From assembly GCF_030028105.1 (NCBI RefSeq), contig NC_092376.1:178660080-178724079 (forward strand): DNA of 64,000 nucleotides, read 5' to 3'. A model generated the notes under the pieces. The model saw only the letters and a program-made list of their open reading frames with translations, was not told the origin of the DNA and did not search any database. Made by a program: the position numbers and the translations under genes. How positions within the stretch are numbered: the first letter of the stretch is position 1; the number at the start of each line of letters is the position of its first letter. This DNA is from Mobula birostris. Its lineage: Eukaryota. Shown here piece by piece: positions 46,636 to 56,958 of the stretch.

Positions 46636-49600
46636 ATTGTATTCATACAACCCAGAAGGTGTCACAAACGCAGAGATTTCTCTAGCTCTGTCCGTCAGTG
46701 GAGCACACCAATACCCTTTCAACAGATCAATCTTTGTAAGAAATTTAGCTTTCCCAACTTTATGTATGCAATCATCCACCCTAGGGATGGGATAAGCATC
46801 TGTTTTTGTTACGGCACTTACCTTCCTATCGTCAGTGCAAAACCTAATACTACCATCGGGTGTAGGTACGATAACACAAGGTGAGCTCCAATTTGAAGTT
46901 GAAGGCCTAATAATAAGATTTTTCAGCATATATTCAATTTCCTCCTCGTCAGTTTACATTTTCCACGTTCATACTGTAGGAGTGTTGCTTAATCGTTTTG
47001 GCATCTCCAACGTCCACATCATGTGACGTGACGGTGGTTCGATTCGGAATATCAGGAAATAAATTTTTAAATTTCAAAATTAATTATTTCATTTGTTGTC
47101 TTTGCTGTGTTTGTAAGTGTGCCAACTTGTTAACATTTTGTAAAATAACCGAGTTCATTAACCTAACTAGGACCATGTTTGGTTTATGAAAAGTCCCACT
47201 CCCAGGGACTTCAGTCTCGGCTGCAGCTGCTGGATGTGTCTCACCAAAGGTCATTTTCTCATAATAAGGTTTTGTCATATTGATATGACAAAGCTGTGTT
47301 TTTCGTTTACGATCAGGTGCTTTGATTATGAAATTCACATCATTAACCTGAGACTCAATCTCATAAGGACCTAAAAATCTCGCCTGAAGAGGGTTTGAAC
47401 TTGTAGGTAATAGTACTAAAACCTTATATCCTACTTGAATTTTTCTCAGGCGGACTTGTTTATCAAACCAGGGCTTCATTTTCCCTTGAGCTGTTTTCAA
47501 GTTTTGTTTTGCTAATTCGCAAACTTTGAACAGTCTGTCCTTGAAGTTCAGCACGTAATCTAACAAATTAATATGTAAGTCTTTATCAATGCACTGTTCC
47601 TTTAACAAGTTCAAATGTCCCCTCACTCTATGACCAAATACAAGTTCAAAAGGGCTGAAGCCCAGTGATTCCTGTACCGATTCTCTTGCTGCGAACAAAA
47701 GCAAATGCGGCCCTTCATCCCAGTCTTTTTCATTTTCAACGCAATATGTCTTAATCATTGTTTTGAGAGTAGAATGAATTTTTTCTAAAGCTCCTTGTGA
47801 TTCCAGATGGTGCGCAGACAACCTAATTTGCTTAGCTCCCAGTTCAAAAACTACCTGCAGGAATAATGCAGATTAAAATTACTTTCTTGATCAGACTGGA
47901 TTTCTTTAGGCAAACCAAATAAAGTAAAACAATTGATGAGAGTCCATAATAATTTTGGAACAGGGTTCACCGAATGCCGGTTTAGGCTGCAGTAGGGTTA
48001 TGTTTACCCACATCTTGACAAGTGTGACAAGTCCTGCAAAAATTCACAACGTCTTTCCTCAAATTAGGCCAGTAAAATTCTTTCATAATCTTGTTTACAG
48101 TTTTATTCACACCAAGATGGCCACTTAAGGGCATACTGTGAGCCAAAGTTACCATCTCGTTCCTATAAAGTTTAGGAACCATAATTTGGAGAACAATTGC
48201 CCATTCCTCACTCTCAGGTATAGCAGGTGGTCTCCAACTCCTCATTAACACTCCACCCTTGATATAATACCATACTGGCACTTTCTTAATCTCATTATCT
48301 GAGAGAACTATTACGTTTAAAGCTTCAATCTCAGGGTCTATGTTCTGTTTTCCTATAATCTTCTTCCTCGATAAGGATAAATCTTTCTCATCAGATTTGC
48401 TACGTGAATCCTGTTGAAACAATGAGGGCAGAAAAGTCCCTAACATAATTGAGTAACTGTCGAAGAATTTACCTTGTTTTACCATATTATATTGTACGAG
48501 AATTTACCACGTTATCAAACAGAAATAAAAACACATTCCTCGGTGTATGGTTAACTCTGGAATATGTGACCACAGGGAGCCGTTGCTTTGCGAGTCCTGC
48601 GATGCCAGGTTACAATTTAAATTTGTACAGTAAATTTTGGGGACTAGCGTATATTCACTGACGTTTTAAGAAACTTAGTCAGTGATTGCCAAAAGCACAT
48701 GCTAGGTATCAACCAATTCACAATTGTTTTTCGTGCGGTACACAGAATTAGAATTGCACGTCCACATTGAATTCCTCTATTAACCAGTCTCGGCAAAAAT
48801 TAGGAATATTTGAATTCTCGCATGATCTATCGCAGGACAGATTTTGCGGCATACCCTGTCACTCACATGATCTAAATATTGGGGAATACTTAGCCAGTCA
48901 AGCTTGACAACAACATTGAATTCAAAATTTAGTTTTCTTCCACAGTCCCGTAATTTTGTCCACCTTTTCAGGACACCTTCCTCTATTTCCTCTGGATAGA
49001 GAATGCCATACTCATGGGGTAAAAGCCTCATGTTTAAAGAGGCTTTTTCATCATATTCTGGATCGAAAGATTCCAGTTTAACTTGTACGGATAATTTTAC
49101 AGGGAAAGCTGCAGGCCGAGCTATCCAAGAACCAGCACATCGTGCAATCATGACCACTGGTGTGATCAGTACAAAATTAGCCCATAATGGATGAGGGGTC
49201 CCCACCATAAATACAAATTTTCGCTGGAACTACTCCTTCCCATTAACAGACCTGTCCCGTTTAATCTGCATCTGCGCTCGTCACCTGTTTGTGTAGCTAC
49301 ATGAAATCTAGGCATTATTAAATCACTGTCAGGCATATACAAGCCCTCAAAGGAATTTATGTAGCTTGTACTTATGTTGATTATTTATTCCCTCCTGTGT
49401 TCATCCCTTCCTTTTTCTCCTGCCAAGAATAGCTTTTGATGTCGCTGGCTATTTTATCGATGCATTCTTGCTTCAGTTGAAGGGCGTTGCATTTATGAAC
49501 AGGAATCCCCATATACGTCCAACAACTAACAAAATTGGTCCGTGTAGCTTATATATAAGCTAAGCCCAAGTAAGTATTATAGGTTTCCCCCAGTGTACTA

Positions 49601-51435
49601 AACCCCAATAGTCCACTCAACAAATTGATTTCTTCATAATTCAGTTTTCCTTCTTCCTTTCTTCAGGAGAAGACAACTTGCACTTGGTTTCCTGTATCCA
49701 CTCAGCCTTCCCTTAGACTTTCACAGCAGTCCTTGTCACCAGAAGCACCTGATTTCACCCCCTTTCCACCTGGAAGAAAGGTCGTCTTTCATAAGCGTCT
49801 TTACATGTACATAGTCTCCAGGTTTAAAGGGATGAATGTTTTTTTCTCCTCCCAGCTTAGGGAAGGCAGCAGCTACATGTCCTTAGTTTGCTCTTATTGC
49901 TTTGTCTCACAAATTCTATGGTTTTCTCATCGGTTCTGAGCAGGGATGTTTGTGCATTAATCAAAGGAGGCCAGAGACGCTGGCGGTTTAGGCCTTCACA
50001 TTAATACATCGAACTGAGTCAATTTAGATGTCTGTCTCACCTGATGTCTTAGAGAATATAATGCTATGGGAAGAGCCTCTGGCTATTTCAATCCAGTTTC
50101 CTGACATACCTTAGCCAATATGTATTTTAATACTCCGTTCATTCTTTCTTTTAGTTCCGAGGACTGCGGCTGTTATGGAAGGTGTTATTCCAAAGTAAAT
50201 CCTAACGCCGGAACCAATTCCTTAATTAATTTACCTGAATGGAACCCCAAATCTAGGAATAATTTCCTTCATGAATATCTTAACCGCAGGTAGGGTGTCA
50301 TCTTCTCTAGGGGGAAACGCCTCCCCCATTTGGAGAACATATCTACTATCACCGATACTTATAACCTCCACTGTCTGATATCTATCTGCAAATTGGCAAA
50401 TGGTGCCGTCGCGGGTGGGAAATGATCAAATTTAGCTGGTGACTTTCCCCCGTGGTGTCATTAGCAAATCTTACAGCTTCGCACAACCTGTCCCGCAATT
50501 ATTGTTAGTCCGGGTGCAAACCATTGTTGATGTATAATACCCCGATTCCTGGGACACGCAAGGAGAATATGCGGATGTCTCCATACCCCCTCAAAGTCCT
50601 GAAAACTCTATTTTCCCTGTTATACTCCCTTATCCTTTTGTGCAGTCCCGTCCTTGGCGGAAATTAAATTTTGCAGATTTGGGGTAAGGGTTATAAAAGT
50701 ACATTGCACCTGCATATGTACTAGCATTACTTTTTCTGTATTATCGGCTTCTTTAGCAGATGCGTCCGCAGCAGCATTTCCCTTGCTTATGGGGTCTGAG
50801 CCATTAGTGTGATCCTCGTACTTAATGACAGCAGTTTGTTTGCATGCTGAATGGGTTTACCCGCAGAAGTAATGAACCTCCTAAATTTCCAAAGTGATCG
50901 AAAATCATGTCCCACCCCAAAGCCTACCTAGAGTCCGTATAGATGTTTACTGTGTGCCCCTCGTGTTAGAGCAAACAGCTCCGCTGCCTGAGCAGAAGTT
51001 CCTTGTGGGATGGTTTGTACCTCTGAAGTTTCAAAGGCAGTCACTATTGCATAGCTTTCGAATAGGTGTGATGGCTCGGATTGCAAGAAGAGCTCTCCGT
51101 ATAGAGCATTAATTCTCGGTTATCAAGGGGTACAGCGGATAGGCTAGCAGATAGGCTTTAACACAGTCATGGGGATTTGATGACTAAGTCAGAGGGACCA
51201 GGGTGATCGGGCTGAATGCAGGTACTCTTCTCAAAGTCAAATTCGAATCCCGTGCTGTGGGCAGCAGTGAAATATTACGTAGCAGCTGAGTTGTGGAGCA
51301 ACATTGCAGCAGAGGGGTCAGTAGCATACAAGCATGCTACAGTATTAACGGTGCAGCCTTCTCGACCACTGCCGCTGTCGTTACCAACGTCCTTAAACAT
51401 TCTGACATTCCTTTAACCACTAGATGTAATAGGGT

Positions 51436-52940
51436 TCCTTCTTCAACATCTTGAGCAAGGTCTGCTCCCAGAAAGCCAGTGCGGCTTCCGTGCTGAACGT
51501 GGGACTGCGGACATGATTTTTCCTGCGCGCCAACTCCAGGAAAAATGCCAGGAGCAACACAGCGACCTCTTCGTGACCTTTGTCGATCTAACCAAGGCTT
51601 TCGATACGGTCAGCAGAGAAGGTTTGTGGAAGATCATGGAGAAATTTGGCTGCCCCAGCAAGTTCATCACAATCGTCCGGCAGTTCCACGACGGTATGAT
51701 AGTGAAAGTTCTGGATGACGGCGACGAGTCGGAGGCATTCCCAGTGACAAATGGCGTCAAACAAGGCTGCGTTCTTGCCCCGACTCTGTTCAGTATGGTA
51801 TTCTCTGCCATGCTGACAGATACCTTCCGTAACTACGAAGAAGGAATCCACGTCAGGTACAGGACTGACGGCAGGTTGTTCAACCTTAGGCGCCTGCAGG
51901 CAGTTACAAAGGTGCAAGAGACTGTCATCAGAAACTTCTTGTTTGCTGATGACTGCGCACTCAACGCCAGCACAGAGCAGGAGATGCAGCGTGAAATGCA
52001 CTGCTTCTCATAAGCCTGCGACAACTTCGGTCTCACTATCAGCACCAAAAAGACCGAAGTTATGTACCAGCCTGCCCCCGGAAAGCCATACCAGGAGCCG
52101 TGCATCACGGTGAAGGGCCAGAACCTCCAGGCAGTCGACAACTTCACCTACCCGGGTAGCATACTCTCTCACGCAGTGAACATAGACGCTGAGGTCAGCA
52201 ACAGGATTGCCAAAGCCAGCGCCGCCTTTGGGAGACTCCGTGAGAACGTCTGGGAGCGGAGAGGACTCAGCCTTAACACCAAGCTGAAGGTCTACTGTGC
52301 AGTGGTCCTTATCACCCTCCTTTACGCCAGCGAGACCTGGACTGTCTACAGCAGACACACCAAACAGCTCAACCACTTTCACCTGAGCTGTCTCCGCAGA
52401 CTCCTCCACATCAGGTGGCAGGACAAAGTCTCTGACACGGAAATCCTGGAACAAGCTGGGCTCTGCAGCGTCTACACCTTCCTGCTGAAAGCCGAAGCCA
52501 GGTGGGCTGGACATGTGGTCAGAATGTCAGACAGCCGATTGCCTCAGCAGCTGCTGTACGGAGAACTGTGTCAGGGCAAGCGCTCAGTCGGGGGGCAGAA
52601 GAAACGTTATAAAGGCTGCTTCAAAGCGTCCCTCAAAGGCCTGGGTGTCGACATCAACACGTGGGAGACGCTTGCCCTCAACCGTCCAACTTGGCGCAGC
52701 AAGATCACCACAGGAGCCCGTGCAGCTGAAGTCAGTCGCATCATCGATGCGCAAGGAAAGCGTGCTGTGCGCAAGGCCCGAGCAGCATCCACTGCCACGA
52801 CAGCACCCACCCACTTGTGTCCCACATGTGGGCGAGCCTTCAGGGCCTGGATTGGCCTCATCAGTCACCTCCGGACCCACAGTCACCAATCTCCCATCAG
52901 CCATGGTCATCTTCGACTACGAAGGACGAACAACAGCAAC
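51436..52940 (+). mobile_element. RTE-clade LINE, 5'-truncated, inserted in ERV pol
   Basis: ESQCGFR, RQLQEKC, FVDLTKAFDTV, GVKQGCVLAP, LFADDCAL, C-terminal CPTCGRAF...SHLRTH zinc finger. AAC-rich tail. 14-bp TSD AGATGTAATAGGGT at 51422-51435 and 52941-52954. Confidence 0.95.
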
Positions 52941-55786
52941 AGATGTAATAGGGTGGAAAAATGCGCTACTGGTCTTCGTAAGCCACCGTGGGTTAATACT
53001 GCGCTGCGAAACGCTCATTTTCATTCACATACAGCTGGATCGGCTTGCTGTAATAGGGCAATCCTCAGTCCATTGTACTGTATCAGATGCATCCTACGTT
53101 ACTACGACTCGGAGGACAGCATCATAGATGCGGTATTCAGGTACTCAATAACGACATTAATTCGTCATTGCCAGGAAAGGTATCATCTGTCTCTTGGCAG
53201 AAGTTCTGGGAGACTGAGCAATGAGAGTCACACGCTCCGACCCTAATCGGCGGGTTCCTTTGTGCAATATATATCCCAAATATTTCGGTGCAGGCCGGCA
53301 GAGTTGGAAGTTCGACAAGGAGGTTGTATGTCCTCTGGCAGCAAAATCATTAATCAACGTCACACATTCTTCTGTACAATCAGTCGGTGTCTGTGAGGCC
53401 AGAAACAAATCAGCTGCATATTGTAAAATCATGCTGCCTCCAGGCAGTAGTAAATTTGCTAGATCATCACGAATAACGGCTGCGTGGAGAACTGGACATA
53501 ATGTGTAATCCAGCAGTAAAACTGTTCACGTGTATTGCTGTCCATTACAGTCTATGAGAAGGCAACCAGATACTGACTGTCCTGATGCAGTGGTGTAGAA
53601 ACAATAAGAAGAGTACAAATCAATCACCGTACACCAGTATCACATTCGAGTCCGGAACGTTCGGTGAAATAGGCTGGACTTCTGAGTTATAGCCCGCAGA
53701 TCCTGGATAAGCCGCCTCCCATTCGGCCTCCCGGTTTGGGAATGTATAATGTCAGCGTATTGCAAGGGCTTTGAGTTAATCGCAGAACATTTTGTCGCAA
53801 TGACGTCTCTATGAAAAGTTTAATACCCCGATGGTTTCTGGAGTTAGGCGATTTTGTTTGATGAACAGTAGTCCGGCACTTTGTTAAGAGTCACCTGAAG
53901 GGGAACTACTGACTTTCACTAATCCTACATGACTAGTATCTGGGGGGCTGCCTATGATCCCAAATCAATAAGCGTAAAAGGAAGTTTCACTTCGATTGAG
54001 GCATGGGGCAGTGATTGTTGGTCCTTCAGGAAGAGCTCCTCCTGTTTCCCTTTGAACTGAACCTCAGCTGCTATTCCCTCAGGGCCAAGATATCCCTACC
54101 CGATAAGAATATTAGCCCCCCTTACCTTCATGTTAATATGCTTGGTTACTATAATCGGCATCGGGATCTGGATTGCTGAAGGCCACAGCACAATGTGGTG
54201 TTTACAAGTTCCGATCAAATCATTCAATAATTCTCCCACAGCCAATCTCCCCAGGCTTTCCCCCAACTGTGCCAACTGTAGAGAGATGCATTATAGTGCG
54301 GAGCTCGGGTAATCTATTCTCAGGGGTTTCAAGATATAATCCTTCGGAGGTACAGTGAATTACCCATTTAGTGTTTAGAGTGAGTGGCGTCCAAGCAAAT
54401 TAAGAGGTGCCTTCTGTGCTGTAACAAGAGTTTCATCAATCCTAAATTTCCCTGCTTGTTTTTAACCGACTTGGACAGGGGTTCTATCATAGGAACTCTG
54501 GTCATCTCTGCATTCTTAATACCTTTGCTGTCGTTTGGTAATGCCACTTCAGAACGCTCAATTTAAAATAATGTGCTACCTCTGATCGGGGACAATTTAT
54601 AAACATTTGCTTTGGGAGTGTTTTTTTTTTTCTCTGCAGGGGTATCCCTGCACTAGATCACTGGAAAGATACCACTTTACTTCGCGAAACATGTTGCGAA
54701 CCTCAGATGGGATCCAGCGTTTTTGTATCAGGACATTCCCTACTGTTAGCGAGGAGCCTGGAAGAGAGTCTGAGCTAATTGTCGGCCTCTCCTCGGCTGT
54801 TGCTGTTGTTGCTGCTGCTGTTGGCGGTCACACTGCCAGGACACTGTTACAGCCATTTCTATTATTTCCATATCATCCGGAAGCTCCAAAAACGGAGGAA
54901 GTAATGTTATTGGAGGATATAGTCTGGGTCTGAGACGGTCGGAGCCGAGGGTCCTGATGCGAGCACCTCGGCACTCTGCGTAATTTGGTTTAACACTCAG
55001 AGGCTGGTGCCGATTTGCCACCTCTTCCCATTCGTTAAAGCACCACATTATACACAGTATTTTAAATTCCAATTAGGATCTCTGCACCCTGATTTTGTTT
55101 CATTTCTCAAATGCTGAAACTTTTTAGAACAAAGGATCCACCATAGAGCCAATCCACATCACTCCACCCATAGAGATCACGAGAAAAATGTTTCAGAGTA
55201 TCTGCTATCCCCCGTTTCCATCCAAATCTTATCATCGGGGGACCCCGTGAAACCAGCGGGTCACTTAGGGGTTGTTTGGTCTTCAAACTTTCGACCTTCT
55301 TTCGTGTATGCTTATTCATTGGCACCTTTACCAGAGGATCAGAGGGCCGCGATTGAAGAGATGGTTCTCCTCAGGACTCCTCAGGTCGTTGAAACGTACC
55401 GTTATTATTATCCATTTCCCTCCTCTAGCTACCGTTGAAACTATTTTTAACAACTATGCAAGATCTAATATTCTTTACAGGTAATATGTACAATCCCTTC
55501 TCCCCATTGGTTGACAAAGCACCCATCATTTGCCAAGGTCTCCTTAAGTTTAGTCAAGATTTACTCTCCCGATGCTCTCAGGCTCTCTTCTACCAATCCC
55601 ATTCTTGTTCCTTTCCTCGAACTCATGGGTCACCGGCCGGTATGTGACAGCTCCGGCACCCGCGTCCAGTATCGATCCATGTTCCTCGAGCGAGTCCCTA
55701 GGATGGACTCACCCCAGTCGAATTTTGACCTCTAGCTTTTAAGTAAGTCTCACGGATAGGTTCGGTCGCAATCGCGTATCATAAGG

Positions 55787-55804
55787 ATCCTATCCTCGTC
55801 GCCA
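55787..55804 (-). other. Retroviral primer-binding site, tRNA-Ser(GCU)
   Basis: Plus strand ATCCTATCCTCGTCGCCA matches the vertebrate tRNA-Ser(GCU) 3' end ATCCCATCCTCGTCGCCA at 17/18 (tRNA recalled from memory). Lies immediately inside the 5' LTR. Confidence 0.8.
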
Positions 55805-56663
55805 AATTACGGTCGAAGAATCTCGGCTGTTTTACCGTATTTTAATGTAACATAATTTCACCAGGTTATCAAAGACACGGACACAGACCTCGCTATACAG
55901 TTAACCCTATAATGCGTAATTACGGGGAACCGTTGTCTTATGATTCCCACATTATCAGGCTACATCTTAACTTTCTGTAGTAGAATTTGGACAATAACGA
56001 ACTGCTAAACATACTTAGTCACCGAATGCAAGAAATACTCGTTAGGTATCAGCCAATACAGAAATGTTTCCACGCGGTATATAATATTAGAATTACAGGT
56101 CCACGTTCAGTTCCTCTATCAGTCAAACAGTCTCGGACAAAGGTTAGTCATTATTGGCATCATCTATTGCTAGCTATTGTAAGCTAGCACAAACAAGACA
56201 GCGTCTGTGTCTTAGCCTGACACACTCATGATACAAATCAATGGCAATTCTGAACTAGTAAAGCTTGACATCAAAATTTAATACACAATTTAATTTTCTT
56301 TCACATTTAAACATGGATTGAAGCTGCCCCAATGCAATGACACTTCAACTGTAAAAGCTCACCCGCAACGTTTTTTCGAGCAGATCATAACATAGAACAA
56401 ATGCACAAATGTAACTGTCAGGGTCGGATACGAGGGAAAAGAAACAATAAATCTAATTGGATCATAAAAATTCTCATGGAACCAACCTGCTCTCTGTTGC
56501 GTACTGACTGAACTTCTAGGTCGTGTTAAAATTATGGCCAAAATGCCATGTAATAGTTGTTGTTATATTTTACGATGATAAACGTTGAAAATAAAATGAA
56601 TTGAGCAACTTCATCAACAACTACATTTTATGGTGTACACCATTAAATATAGGAGAACGGTAC

Positions 56664-56770
56664 AGCTTTAAGAGCATCAGTTGTAATTGACGAAAAGAAC
56701 TGGTTGTGTCGCTGTCTACCAATGAGAAACACAATTTCACAGTTGGATCCATTGCCCCTCCTACGCCCAG
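56664..56770 (+). promoter_or_regulatory. Pcdh promoter with CSE-like element (CGCT core)
   Basis: AGCTTTAAGA 56664, TAATTGAC 56684, GTGTCGCTGTCTACCAAT 56706-56723, GATCCATTGCCCCTCC 56746. Confidence 0.85.
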
Positions 56771-56958
56771 AATAAAAGGACAGAGTCAACGAAAGAGACA
56801 ACCATTCAGTGCGTTTACATTATGGTGTTAAGCTGAGGCGTAAAAATCTTCTGTCTGTTTAGATTCGGTATTTATCTGCATGCGTTTCCGTCTTGTCGGA
56901 AGGTCTTGTTCAGGATTAATTGAGCAGAGGACTGAGTAAATTAATTGAATGCGCAACA

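Larger units (their letters stand above)
44270..48450 (-). mobile_element. Gmr1-like Gypsy LTR retrotransposon (IN-RT-RNaseH order), 5'-truncated, with probable 3' LTR ~44270-44619
   Basis: In transcription order: AHSMPLSGHLGVNKT...FYWP...CRTCHTCQ (IN Zn), ESQGALEK...GFSPFELVFG (IN core), WSSPCVIVPTPDGSIRFC...DAYPIPR (RT), DASD...HPVAYLSR...NYSTIENE...YTDHKPL (RH), stop at 45094. PPT GGGGGGAAG abuts TGTCACG at 44619. Confidence 0.88.
48452..56305 (-). mobile_element. Decayed class I (epsilon-like) endogenous retrovirus: LTR-PBS-gag-pro-pol-(partial env)-LTR
   Basis: RT: IQDLRAI, LQYAADLFLAS, KYLGYIL. Connection: RPVAHFS. RNase H: VNIYTDSR, SKGNAAADASAKEA. IN: QPQSSELKERMNGVLK..LAKVCQETGLK.PEALPIAL. 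Homologous ~500-bp LTRs at ~48452-48944 and ~55807-56305. Confidence 0.85.

Noticed and set aside
52860-53246. Long C-terminal extension of the 394-aa RTE ORF as a fusion gene
   Set aside because: Read-through past the RTE tail into antisense ERV pol, downstream of a stop in a 5'-truncated element.
54746-55072. Poly-Q ORF as a host gene
   Set aside because: Lies inside the ERV gag region and comes from a short CAG/CAA run.
56920-56958. 13-aa N-terminal extension of gene 4
   Set aside because: Starts at TTG. The ATG at 56959 has the shared ACAATGG context and gives a normal signal peptide.
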